A DNA stretch of 64,000 nt, taken from Dimorphilus gyrociliatus (Eukaryota > Animalia > Annelida). The number at the start of each line of letters is the position of its first letter. The stretch's first letter is position 1. The DNA lies in contig CAJFCJ010000006.1 in the NCBI GenBank assembly GCA_904063045.1, forward strand, positions 1,974,946-2,038,945, read 5' to 3'. A program made the position numbers and the translations under genes. A model generated the notes under the pieces. It was not told the DNA's origin and did no database searches. It worked only from the letters and a program-made list of their open reading frames with translations. Positions 22,901-36,080 of the stretch are shown piece by piece.

Positions 22901-25900
22901 GGCAATAGGTTCAAAGGAAATTATTTTTGTCTCTCGTTTAGATTCCTTGAGCAAAAATTCTTTATCTGTTTCCATGGGGTCTTCGACCGTAATTATTTCG
23001 TTATTTTCCAGACTATCATTTTCATCGTCGTCTACATTGCAAAAATATTCTTCTTCAGCATCCTCGTACTTGCTATCATCTTTAGTTGTATCAGATTTCT
23101 CACTATTGTCGAAGCTTTGAGTAGTGGAGGGGACGGCAGAGGGAGAGAAGGTTATTTTCTTTTTTATAAAGTCGCTGTCATCTCTCTCAGGGAAGGCTAG
23201 AAAAAATATAATTAAATCTCACTCATCTCTATAAAACACGGGAACTTACTTATTGAAGAATCACCAGGATAGGTATACGATTTTTTCACTTTTAGTATGG
23301 ATGACAATTTGGGTAACATCTTTTTCACAACTTTAACTGGTGTTCCCTCATTCATAGTATAATTTGTCTCCAAGATGTTACGAATATCATCAGGAAAACG
23401 GTTACGTCTTATTAAAAAAGCATGAAATGTTTAATTATTAATTTCAAAAAGCCAATGGTAGAGAAAAACTAACGGTTTGATATCCAATATTATGGTATCG
23501 CATAGGACAGGGCATTTTAGAAATTTTCTCTCAGTATCAACAACCACCGTTTTATCAGAGCGAACATTTAATTCAATAGCCTTCTTAATAAATAATGCAT
23601 TTATTTCGTCAACAGACCAGTTAACTTCGGGCTTTAACAAAGTTGTAGACAAGGGAGTCGGCTTCTTACCTTTATAGAAAGATTCATATTCTATTATTTT
23701 TTTTTTCTTTTATGAAAATCCGTTTACTTACGTTCTTTAGCCGATGGCAAGCAGTCATCGTAGGCTATGTGAATGGAATCTTTGAAATAAATTGGCATTT
23801 CTTTTTCTATTTTACTCATAATTTCATTTCTAATTGATTTGCGCTTCCTCGATTCTTCGTCTTCATTCTCTGTGCTATTGGAATTCAAAACTTGATTCAA
23901 GCGAATAGCCTCAACAACACGATTCCGTAGTAAATAAAATATAACTAAGCAGTCTTTCGAAAATTCCTTCAATGATCGGCGAAATTGTAGTGACTTTTCT
24001 ATCTCTTCCTCTTCACTTGTTCCTAAATCGGATGAGAAGAAACTTCCCAATTGTTTATCTGAGCGAACATATTGTCTCATTAATAAAATATGGGCGAGAT
24101 ATTTTTAAAATTAGACAGTATAACTCTGCTTACATTCTTCGCATTCTGTGAGAACGTGATCGAACACGGCTGAGTTAACTTCCTTGTGATGCCTTTCCCT
24201 ATTTGTTCTTATTAGCGTTAACGTTTTCCTCATATCCCTATTTGATTATGAAACAATTTTTTATTCACTCTTATACCATTAATAATTTAATAAAAAATCA
24301 ACTTACCCAGCTCTGATACAAAGACTTAAATAAATTTTCAACATATTAAAATCGCATTCACTGTCTGGAGTTCCACTTAAACATCTTTCAAAATAGTACA
24401 GAGCTTTTCTTGGACATAAATTATCGCATAATATTTTAGATATCTTGACGTGAGACCATAAACTATTTTGTATTGTTCCTTCAGATAAAGAGCACATTAG
24501 ATGTTCATAAGCCGACTATGGATAAAAAATTAATTATTAAAATTACTAAATTTGAATAAATCAACAACGGTTTACCTCATATAGCTTTCTATCTAATAAA
24601 CTTATAGCCTTAACAAATTCCATTAGAGTCGTATGTATTTCGTAACAATGGAAATACTTGGACATATCAACCATACAATTTTGCTGTTACAAATACAGGA
24701 TGTAAGTCTTCTGATAAAATTGAAAGAAATGCTTACATATAAATCAGTAAGATTCTCATTATATTCCATAACGCTGAATAAGAAGTAGATTAGGCATTGA
24801 TACTTGACAACGGGAGACATAGTTTCGCATAAGATACATCCAAAAGTTTTCTATTTATAATAGATATAAATGTATACAAATATATATACATATATATACT
24901 TCAATTCTAAGTGTTTCTCTTACAGTCAATGAACAGGGAGGATATTTAAAGTTTTCTCCACAGAAGAAATCTTTCAAGTCTTCGTATTTTTCAAGTACTT
25001 CATCAATGAGCAGAACACTAACATTAAAAACATAAAAATAGTATGACTTATAGAATTAATAAGATTATCAAAAATACGAACTTGTCATCTCTTAAAGTGT
25101 CATAGTCACTTTTTATTTCCTCGTAAGAGTATGATATTTTTTCAAACTCATCACTTTCTGAATCCAGCATGTCCATTTTAGCAAATGTTATAATGACTCC
25201 CAAATAAATAACAATTAAATCTACAGTTTCAGATTGATTTCTAACTAAACCCTTATCTCCTTCAATTTTCGGAAGATATATTGAACTAAAGCAGTAGCTG
25301 TATAGTTGTTTTATCATTTTAAAGCTCCTCCATAATTCTTTAAGCTATAAAAATAAAAGAAAATTGACAATAACGATGAAGAAGCACGGAAAAATAATTT
25401 ACAATTTCAACTGAAGATACTTTTTCGTTAAGACAATAAAAGCGTCGCATCACTTCATTCAAGTTTAATTTTAGCTGTTTCGTTATATTCCACAACCAAA
25501 CAAATATATCCTCCAAAATGGCTACACTAAAGAGATTTTCTGTCAAGTAAATGTGAAAGATGATTAAGCTGTCATTAATTTGCCTGTAAAGATTTACCAA
25601 CCTCCCCTGAGCCAAGACGCAATACATGTATATATAGTTTCAAATTCGTTATATTTGAAAAGAAGTTTGAAAAGTTCCTCTCGTTGTTGACTCTAAATTA
25701 ATATAAATAGATAGGTGCTAATTAATTAAATTTATTGAAATCCTCTTTTATACTTACTATATCTAATTGAAATACTGTCGAAGGCAATAAAAAAGCCTCC
25801 TGGCAAGCTACGAGGACCTGATTAGGATCTAAGAACCAGCTAGTTGTCTTTTCATAGAACATTGCAAAGATTTCGCACTGAATTCCACGTATTACATTCT

Positions 25901-28193
25901 TAATTTCACAATTTTGTAGAGTTAGAGCGACATCTAGGATTTTTAAGGATAGAATAGAAATAAGTAAGTTTTGATGTCATTTGTTAATACTCACTTAAAG
26001 AGAGAGAAGCTGGCCAAAGATGCTGATTAGGTTTAATTGCTTCTCTACTTTCAAAATAAGATATATCCTGAAGACGAGTCGACTATTTCAAAAACAAAAA
26101 CAAAAAATTAAATAAATATTTTCTAAACAAAAAACAAAGAATACAAAATATACGTTAAGGAAAGGAAAGACAAGAATTAAGGCGATTAAAATTAGGTGAC
26201 TTACTAAAATACTGCTGCAAGGTACATTTATCGACAAATCGTATAATACCAGAAATCCAGATGTTTCCAACAATCTAGGTTGGTATTAATTATATATAAA
26301 CAGTTAATATTTTAACATTCATGTAACATACTCGGTTTGAAACATCTCTTGATACCAGACGTTCAAGTCGAATATTGCCAAGAAAGTCTTGCTCTCTCCA
26401 GAAGAAGATATAGCAGCTTCCCATAACCAATAGCCCAACTTTGTTATAGGAGATTTAGGATCTATTATAAAGAATTTATTTGTATTTAAAAAAATTACAA
26501 AACAGAGAAACAGGATTTATTAAGTTATATGGTTTTTTTAATTACTAACTTTGATCTGGCAATCTTCTACAATCTATTATGCGTGATCCGTACCATTCTT
26601 TACCAGCATTTTTATCTTCGTAAGCGTAAGGATTCGAAGTTAGAGAGTGCTCGAAGCGTTTAGTAATACTGACAAGCTCCTGAGACGATTAAAAAATAGA
26701 TTACGTTAATGCAGTTATGAAACTAATTTATCAAATATTTTACTAACAAAAAAGTTCATTCGACCGTTAATAATTCGACTTTCTTGATAACTGCACTGAA
26801 CAATTTCAATTGAACTCGATACAGGATTTCTTCAATGAAATGAAAGAAATATACATTTCATAACAATACAAAAAGGATTTTATAAATGAAACTATACTCA
26901 AGGTGAAAGGAGCTATAGCCAACAACTGTGTATAAGCAACTGAGTGGATCATCCTCAGGAATCAAATGAAAAATATGTGTGATTGATGGTATATCAGTAT
27001 CATATTTGCTGCTATATCTGTGACGTAAAAATAAAAGAATTAGTTTTAATATTGAAAGTTTTTTAGCAGCTTATAACAATTCGGCTTACTCTAAGTTGGC
27101 ATCAGTTAAATTCCATACTTGATAACAACCGAAAATATATCCAACCCATAGAGATTTAGACTCGGGAATAAAGTGGAGACATGTGACATCTCGATAATCT
27201 ATTAATAAGAAAGTGAAGTTTTTGTTATATCATTAGCTTGATCATAGCAATTACCCCAGTTGTCAAGTTCAGCTAAAACTTCGCCTGATGGAGAACAATA
27301 CTGCAACGAGTTCGGGGATCTTTTTTCTTCCTTACTTTCAACTATAAATAAAATTAATTGTATAATGCATCTGTAAGGAATAATTTAACTATCACCTTTC
27401 AATGGAAAACATAAGGGAGAACGACGATCTCTTTTCTCATTGATTTGGTCATCCGGAAAAGCAACATTTATAGTGATAAAATCCTCTTTCCTTTTCCTAC
27501 TTAATCTCCATATGCTTGTGTGTACATCTTAGTAGAAATTTTACAATAGTAGAGCAATAGTTTGTAATTATTTCGAAAGTACCTACCAAGTAGAAACAAC
27601 TTTCCACACTCTGTTCCTAGGGCCACAACATTTTGAAAAAATTTAGCAGAAGAAATTATATCGCTGTTAACGTCCAATCTTATGTGCAGCATACATGAAA
27701 TCTATAGGTTTTACAGTGATTATTATTTGTCATCGAAAACATATAAATATACAAACGGCATATGGAAAAAATATACGATATATTACATCTCCAGTCTTAT
27801 AATCGTATATATATATATGGGATGTCTCAGAAGTTACAGTACTTATTAATAACTTGTCTTCCAATTCACAAACTTGGCTTATTTTACAGGAGTGAATAAT
27901 AAATTCACTTATTACGTGTAAGTTTGACGCTGATAGAATGACAACTTTGTTAGGATAGACTCTCCAGCAAAAACTGCCATCTAAAATATGAAATCATTTG
28001 ATATGTTATTTATATACATACAATTTACGTAGATTTTAGATTATGAATGAAACAATTTTTTTAGAAATCAGAATGCAGACTTACGTTGAGAGTAACTGCA
28101 ACTTAAAACATCATTTTCAAAATCGGCTGGAATTGATTGCTTTGATATAGAGCTTGGCAGACGTACATTTTGCAGCTTTGGAGTCAATTCCAT
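19987..28193 (-). CDS. AHCTF1: ELYS/MEL-28-like nucleoporin (N-terminal beta-propeller, helical domain, long acidic disordered tail); many exons
   Basis: Exon 1 reads MELTPKLQNVRLP. Propeller exons VVALGTECGKLFLL, VTCLHFIPESKSLWVGY...YQVWNL and IPEDDPLSCLY resemble ELYS (EPENDPRNCCYL). SILK and KKITF PP1 motifs are present. A roughly 2.2 kb D/E/S-rich exon includes ORF 20903-22975, followed by an R/S-rich C-terminus with stop at 19987. Confidence 0.8.
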
Positions 28194-29122
28194 TCCGTAA
28201 AAGACTTAAACGGCGTGGGTCAACGATAACGAAGAACTCTACGATTTCACGCGGTTTCCAAATTATGCAACTGTTGAATTCTCAGCGAGTGTACCGAGGG
28301 GCTAGCCGTAAGGTTAATAGCTCATGAAATTTTAAAATTATCCAAGAATCTGGGCAAATAGCAGGAAACGCGGCAAATTTAGCCGCCACATCAAGGACTG
28401 TAGCTATTTTCGCTATATTTCTATTTCCGTTTCCTGTTTGGAAAGTACTTCCGGTTACGTATATAGCGGCAAATTCATCTCCAATAAACAATAGCATTTA
28501 TTTACTATCTTGTAAATAAAATTAGAATTAAAAAATCTTACTTTTTAAGAAAAATTCTTATTTAAAAAATTGTAAATATTAAAAATTATTTCTTTTCGCC
28601 TGATTCTTTACCATTTCTATTTTATTATGAACATTTTAGCATTTTTCAATTAGAACTATAATAAGGAATACATTTGACTTTTTATTTGATCGAATAAATT
28701 GATTATTAGTACATAATATATATATATATATATATACACCATTTTTTTCTGTTTTGATTAAGTAAATTGAATAATCTATTGAAAAATAACAGTCTATGCT
28801 ATTTATATACTACATTGTGTGCTTAATAGTCGATATAAGTGTAAACTATTTTAAACAATAATTTTTTGACCTAAATAATAGCCTTTTTGTCTTGTAGCAT
28901 ATCTTTTTTGGTAACTTTCATTCCATTACCGCTATCTCGTAACGAAAAACAACAAGAATAATTGAGATTGATTCAAGGCTAAATATATTCTTAAACGGCC
29001 TATAATTAATATAGAACAAGATGTTTAACGATTCTTTTCCCATGGTTTAAAACGTAATTTAATTGTCATTGGGATATAATTTATGCATATGTATTAAATT
29101 GAATTCAATATCTATATATAGC

Positions 29123-31168
29123 TTAAAAGTTATCGCTACATTTGACGTTAGCGAAATATTCGGCATTAGACATTTCACATATTTGGTCGTGTTTACACTC
29201 TTCATCGCATTCACCCTCTAGATCACTGTCAGAAAATTGATGTCTATACCATTTTTTGAAGAGATTATCATCTGTTTTAAATTTCTCTGTCAACTGTTGC
29301 CAAGAGGCAGCAGAAAGATCGGGAAGATTATATTCGTCTTTAGCATTATAGTTCATTCTTAGAGCTGGTGTACCATCGGCTATTCAGAAATATTTGTAAT
29401 GATATTCAATCAACTGTACTTGTTACTATAAATATTTTTTATCTCACCTGGCTGTGTTTTCAAGTCAAGGATATAGTTTTCATAATTCTGTACTTCGTAG
29501 GTGCTAGCATCAAGCTCGTAAACTCTGACAGCTGGATTTCTATTAGATCTTGGTGTAACTGAGCTAGATATATATTGAATAGCGACAGATTGGTTATTAG
29601 CGTTGTTAACAAGACGGAAATGATCTTTATGGGTATGACCAAATACTTGAAGAACGATAACATCGGCAAATTCAACAACAATATTTGTGTACCAATCACT
29701 GATAATAGAGAAATTTTAATAATTAATATTTCTGCTTGATACAATTAGCTATCTTTACCTGTAAAATTTACAAGTATCGAATCCAGTGGGATGATGTCCA
29801 ACCATAATAACCTTTTCATTACCATCTTTAGCCGCTTGTAGATTATCTCTTACAAATTTTTGCATATCTTTCCAGAAATCTTGGTCCTTGTTTAAAGCAT
29901 TGTACCAGTTCATGTTGTATCCAAAATTTGAATTGTAACCAATAATTCTCAATCCTGGTCTTCTCATTGTTGAATAATAGCCGGCTTTTTCGATATTTGT
30001 TATATCTTCGTCATTCCATCCAGCCAATTCTCTGAAAGAGCTGGCAAAAGCTCTATTAACTTCTTGAACTTTTTCGTTTGTTGGATCGTAAAAGTTAGCA
30101 GGGTAGGTTTCGTGATTTCCAATTGTAGGATAGAAGGCCAATCCTCTAAGTCTCTCGGTCATCATTTTTCCGAGGAAAAATGTATAATTCAATTGAATTT
30201 CTTGAGTCTCTTCCCAAAGGGAATGTGGGGCATTGTCACCAGTGTAAATAACCATATCAGGATTCAAATTTTTTACTTCTTCTAGGAGGAAATCAACAGT
30301 TCTTTGGGGAGTATTGCAGAAATACTCTCCAAATCTTCTAGCAGGGGTCTGTAGAGTACATAAAAGATGGACAGCTATTACAAATGAGTATTAGCTACTT
30401 ACGGTTCCGTCGTAATTAGGTCTGCAACATACGAAGAGACCACAATCCTGACTGTTTGTTCCCTGAAGCAGACACAAAGATATTAGCTACTTTACCAAAA
30501 AAAATGGATTATCTCGTTACTTACAACAGTGTATTTATGATCCATATGAACATCTGTAAGATGAACGAGTTTGATGGTATTCTTTGAAGCAGACTTCTTT
30601 TCTACTTTTGGATTAGGTTTAGATGGAGTGGCGCTTCTAGTTCTATTTCCAGGATCAACGTCTTCTGGAGTGCAAAAGTTAAAGAGAGCGCATCCCTCAT
30701 CGGCTTCCATATTGGATTTTTGAACAACGTCAAAGAGCTACAATATAGATTTTATGTAATATAACTTACGAAATATATATACTAATATATTAATATGTAA
30801 GAGTTTACCCCTTTAATGTAACTATTAGCGATGCCTGGACACATAATGTCTCCTCTGAAACCAGTTACATTTAAGCCGTTTTCGCAAACTTCAATAATAA
30901 GCTCACTAACATCCTCATAACCAAGTCCAAGACCTTGAACATAGCGAATCGTATTGATTACGCTCTAAGGAAGAAATACTAGTTAAATATTATAAAAAAC
31001 ATTAGTTTTTAATGAAATTACTATGCATAGTTCGCAGGTAATGAAAGACGCTCTATTATCCACAGAATCGGCAATAATTGGTTCCAAATCGGTAAGCTTT
31101 CTTTCATCTAATAAAGGATGAGCAGCAGTAAGAACAAATAAGATTGAAAATATTATTAAACTCTTCAT
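29123..31168 (-). CDS. SMPD1: Acid sphingomyelinase (signal peptide, saposin B domain, metallophosphoesterase), about 7 exons
   Basis: Signal peptide MKSLIIFSILFVLTAA and saposin Cys pattern (CELC...C...C...C...C). Metal-binding motifs HLTDVHMD, TGDNAPH, IGNHE, VGHHP and FGHTH are present. Confidence 0.9.
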
Positions 31169-33524
31169 GATTTTTTTGTGAGAAATTTGAACTATATATA
31201 TTAAAATAAAAATATTTATATATGTATAAACATATATATTTTATAAAAGTTGTTAAAAAATTAAGTTTAAAGAGTCTTTGAAAGTCTGATGGAAAGATTA
31301 TTAATTTTCTTTTATATAATCGAGTCAAAGTGAAAAAACAGTTGGTTCTTTTTTTTAAGAAACGCGTAATACTTTACTGAGATAATTTAATCGAGGTCAC
31401 TTATGAGGCTGTTTTTTTTTGCCCTATATGTACAAAATTAGTCTCTTATAAGAATATGATGTATTAGCGTTCAGGCGTGTCCTACTCTATTGATTATATA
31501 ATTAAAATATAAGAATAGGGTTAAGCTATAATCTATAAAGAAAATACTAATCATTCAATATAAAATAGGATATTAATTAATTAGGCAAGTGATCCTTAAG
31601 TGTATTTTATAGTGAAATGCATGTATGCATACCTAGAAAATATGCTAATGTATTTATAACTAAAAGATAATCATAACAATACGACTACAGACGGTAATGT
31701 TTCAACAATTGATTAAGTAATTAATTATTATATATGAGTACTATTCTTCTTAAAAACTATTCTTACGAAATATACAAAAAAATAGATATGATACATTAAA
31801 TTTCTTATGAAAGAAACAGGTGTAGCTTTTCCCATAGATCTCGCAAGTAAATTGTAAATATATTGAATTCTTACTTTGTCTCGTATGTTTATTATATGAT
31901 ATTTATATTAATTCTTTAGATCTTTAAGTATTTTTTATATATTCACGTTAAAATTTTGTTAATTATTAATCAATTCCTTTCAGGAGAAAAACACAAAATT
32001 ATCTCTAACTTTCATTTCCTGTCTTTACTGTTGTTATTGGCGCTAGCAACCATAGAGATGATGATTATGATGATGATAATGATGATAGTATTTCTATGCG
32101 ACTTTATCATTTCCTTTTTTTTTTAAAAAAACAAAAGTCCAAATGGAAGTAACGAAAATACTTTCACTATTAGATTAGTAAATTAAATTGTCATTATTGC
32201 ATTAAACTAAAAATAAAGAATCACAAAATACATTATAGATGGCGTTCTAAAACGCTTGGTATACTTTACTTAGGATATATATTTGTAATAGTGTTAGTAC
32301 TTGTAAAAAATAGCATAGAAAAGAAATATATAAAGTAATAATGAAGGTGTGTTTATCTCTGAATTGTTAAAATGATAAATTTCTTTAAAATATTGCTATT
32401 CAAAAGAATTAGCTATTTAATTTAAACATCTGTTCATGAAAAATAAATGAACGAGAGTTTATTGTTGATAACCCTTATGTAGATCAGACAATATTTAGTG
32501 TATTTCATTCATGTATTAATAATTTAGGGTAAACTTTTAGTACTGAGCGAAATAAATCCATAATTCATCCGCATTTTTATTATTACATTTCAAAGTATTG
32601 AGTATTGGAGTTAGAGAGGGAGATTCTTCAACTTATTGAAAAACAACAAGTAAAAGTAAGACATTTTAAAATATAGTATATTTATATAGACCTGTATATT
32701 CATATATATATATATATACTGATTGTTCCATTATTATCTTATTATAGTTATCTAACCTATACTGATAGTTAGAGAACTAAACCGATATCGTTATCGCATG
32801 GTAATTTCTAGTATTCTACTAAATATTATATTCAATTTTTCCAGTTTTCATCATTTATTTTTTATTTGTAACTGCTAAATAAGAATTGACGAATCTAGGT
32901 TGATATTCGTATAATTCTTAACAAACTAGTCATTTGGGATAATTGAAATAACTAGTAGTTTGGTACAGTTGAAACGCCGAACATCTAAAAATTTATGGTT
33001 ATTCTTTTTTTTTGAATGAAAAACCGATTGGTATCGAGTTCACACATCCGCCATTGTTTCTAACATTTTTTTTTGCATAGAGTATTGTAACCAAGTGATT
33101 GAATAGCTGTAGTTGTGCATGCGGCTTTAATGAATGTATAAATTGTAAATATAATGTTTAAACATACATATATGAACAGGTGTCAGTCCTAGATTCGTCA
33201 ATTCTTGTCAGACTGGCTTTTTTGCAGAGGTATACTTCTAACATTTACGCAACATCGTTTGGCAGACGCAGTAAAAGATAATGGTATGTAAATTGCATGT
33301 TCTTGCTTTTCATTAAACTCCCTTTTCAATTACGAAAGGCTTAGAGGGCAGATTTAGCATCCTCAGATAGATTATAGGACATTCATCATTCTTATTTTGT
33401 TGCTGTAATTTTGTTCTGAATGTCTATTAAGGTTTATGGATATGTCTCTTTTAAGTTATACTTAAAAACTAAAAATATATTTGTAGTTGATTTAATTATT
33501 TTTCTTCTACCTTAGCTCTGAAAG

Positions 33525-34787
33525 ATGATTTGTGGAGCTATTAAAAAGTATACCTCTTTGCTCTTATTTCTTGTGCCAATTGCATTATTTCTCTGTTTAA
33601 AACGGATTAAAGAAAATAAAATTATAGAAGATCTATTCGTCAAAGAAAAACTTATACCAAAGTATCTTGTTAAGGAGATTGACTGTTCCAGGATTTTTAA
33701 TAAAGATTACCACTATATTGATCATTTGATTTCGTTAGAGAAAGAATCAAATTTATCTTTTAAACAGAAGAGCGATAGTGAATATGCAGAAGTTGAAAGT
33801 AACTGTGAAAATTATAGGAAATCCTTTGTTACTGATTATCTAAGTTATGAAGAGGCGAGTTTCCCTATTGCATTTCAAATTGTTATGTATAAGGATGTTG
33901 CTCAATTAGAGATCTTATTAAAGGAAATATATAGACCCCAGAATGAATACTGCATCCATGTTGATAGGAAATCTAACATTGACATTCAATACGGTGTAAG
34001 ATCTATTGCGAAATGCTTTAGTAACATTGAAGTCATTGATCCCATTGATTCTGTTGATGTACGTTGGTCTAAATTCACTAATTTGGAGCCAGAAATAATA
34101 TGTGCTAGAAACTTATGGAAAAGAAAAACCAAATGGAAATATCTTATAAACTTGACAGGTCAAGAATTTCCTCTTCAAACTATGTACGATATTGTTCAAA
34201 TTCTCAAAGCTTTTAATGGTTCAAATAGTATACAAGGAACAGTTAAAGGTATTATTAAGAGTAGGTTCGAAGGGGTGAAAGATTTTGGCCGAAATGTAGT
34301 TGTCATGAAGGGAGCAGTACATATTATTGCTCAAAGAGGATATATCGATTATATTCTTCATAATAAAACTGCTATCGATTTCCTCTCATGGGTTAGGCAA
34401 GTTAAACATCCAGATGAAACATATTTCGCTAGTTTAAATCATAGTCCGAAACTTAAAGTTCCTGGTTCGTATCTGGGAAAAGTCGATAGTTCAGACTATC
34501 CTTTTTTGACGAGATACAAAAACTGGAAGCAGAATGGTGAATATTGCTATGGAAAGAGAGTGCGTTCAATATGTATATTTGGCATGAAGGATATTCCAGC
34601 TCTTAGTACCCTAGATTATATATTTGCTAATAAATTTCATATAAATTATCAACCTTATGCTCTACAATGCATGGCCGAACTTATAAGAAATAGAACTATT
34701 TACCAACATATTGGATTGAGAAAATTTGATGTTCAACTATATAAAAATCTCGATATGTCTCATAATCATTATGGACCAAACGTATAA
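33525..34787 (+). CDS. Core-2/I-branching beta-1,6-N-acetylglucosaminyltransferase (GT14, GCNT family), type II membrane protein, single coding exon
   Basis: N-terminal TM, then FPIAFQIVMYK, IYRPQNEYCIHVDRKS, WKYLINLTGQEFPL, HPDETYFASLN, CYGKRVRSICIFG and FANKF. Confidence 0.95.
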   Translation: MICGAIKKYTSLLLFLVPIALFLCLKRIKENKIIEDLFVKEKLIPKYLVKEIDCSRIFNKDYHYIDHLISLEKESNLSFKQKSDSEYAEVESNCENYRKSFVTDYLSYEEASFPIAFQIVMYKDVAQLEILLKEIYRPQNEYCIHVDRKSNIDIQYGVRSIAKCFSNIEVIDPIDSVDVRWSKFTNLEPEIICARNLWKRKTKWKYLINLTGQEFPLQTMYDIVQILKAFNGSNSIQGTVKGIIKSRFEGVKDFGRNVVVMKGAVHIIAQRGYIDYILHNKTAIDFLSWVRQVKHPDETYFASLNHSPKLKVPGSYLGKVDSSDYPFLTRYKNWKQNGEYCYGKRVRSICIFGMKDIPALSTLDYIFANKFHINYQPYALQCMAELIRNRTIYQHIGLRKFDVQLYKNLDMSHNHYGPNV

Positions 34788-35047
34788 TGAGGATGGCTTG
34801 CACACTAATCAAATCTATTGAACATTTCCAACATTTTATCATTATGTACTTGTCTAATTCTTTCATCAATTCTCTTTTCGTAAGGTGTATTTTTAAAAAT
34901 TCTACTTTTAGCTTCAACGTCATTCTTATATACTTTATAAAGGATTTTACTGTATATGGTAAATCCTCATTTTTAGTTCAATACGTTAAATACATAATAA
35001 GTTTATTTAGTAACGTCTATATTTAGAGTTTAGAAATCGGATAATTA

Positions 35048-35500
35048 TTACATCTTATTGCTTTTAGCATAATCTAGCAATTCATTCAGGTTCATTCTTA
35101 CTGTCTTTTCCATAAGAACATTAATAGCTTTTGCAGCAACGCCTGATAATCCAAAATCTTCTGGCGATAAGGATTTTTCCAACATTTTCTCGGCTTGTAA
35201 TGTTATCATTTGAACATCTAATTTATACTTTTCTTGCCAATGTTTTACAGATTTTATTAAATAACAAGAGTCATTTGTTATATTATTTATATAATCAGCG
35301 TCAGTTAACTTTTCTTCCTCTTTTATATGATCAACATCCAGTACTAGTGAATTATTATCACTATCCATATCGCTACTATTTTCTGAACAAGTATCATACT
35401 CACCAAATGTATCTTGACTATCATCTTCATCGGTAGTTAACATACTGTCATCACGAGGAATTAACTTATCCTGTTTTCCATCACTTTTTACTTTGCTCAT
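35048..35500 (-). CDS. Uncharacterised acidic protein A (150 aa); paralog of 36081-36689
   Basis: ATG at 35500, intronless ORF. The C-terminal 101 aa align without gaps to the neighbour at 64/101 identity (hand count). Confidence 0.85.
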   Translation of the reverse strand: MSKVKSDGKQDKLIPRDDSMLTTDEDDSQDTFGEYDTCSENSSDMDSDNNSLVLDVDHIKEEEKLTDADYINNITNDSCYLIKSVKHWQEKYKLDVQMITLQAEKMLEKSLSPEDFGLSGVAAKAINVLMEKTVRMNLNELLDYAKSNKM

Positions 35501-35685
35501 TATACTAATATTATTTTCTTTCTTTATTTTTTGCAGTTGTCGCAATAAATTAAAAAAAAAAAATAAACAGTTCACTTCTATGCACTCAGTGTCAACTGAA
35601 CCTTATACAAATCAGTAACATTCAATATATATCTTATCCACTTTTCTATATAAGGTATGAAGCAAAAATAAAACAGCAGCAGTGT

Positions 35686-35739
35686 TCACTTCGATCGAGT
35701 CCTAATGAAACTTGAATAGAAAATTACTCACTTCGATCG
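35686..35739. repeat. Direct repeat TCACTTCGATCG x2 (35686-35697, 35728-35739) upstream of acidic gene A
   Basis: Two identical 12-mers with starts 42 bp apart, near a TATA-like element at about 35647-35653. Confidence 0.6.
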
Positions 35740-36080
35740 TATCCTGTAGGCGTTACCTTTTATCATAAAGTAACCAAGGTCCAGGAAAGTTGATACAAGG
35801 TAACTCTGTAATTTTTTATTGAATAACTGTAAATTAGCTATTAATTAACTTAGAAATTGAATAAAATAATTATCTTTTTAATGATACTAATTTAATTACT
35901 GAATTCTGAAAAAGAATGCTTTTATTCATTGATTTCCCAACTAAGCTTTTAAATTTATAAAACATCAGCAGTTAGTAAAAAAAATCATTAAGAATAGCAA
36001 AAAGAAAGTTGTTTTGACAAGGACAAATTGTTCGACGCGGGTAAAATAGATTATGCAAACTTTTCTAAGTAATCGATTAA

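Noticed and set aside
20890-23200. Several plus-strand ORFs (20890-23200)
   Set aside because: S/L-rich antisense shadows of the acidic ELYS exon.
28282-28497. 71-aa ORF upstream of ELYS
   Set aside because: TTG start in the GC-richer promoter/5'UTR zone. The ATG at 28193 gives a coherent spliced ELYS frame without it.
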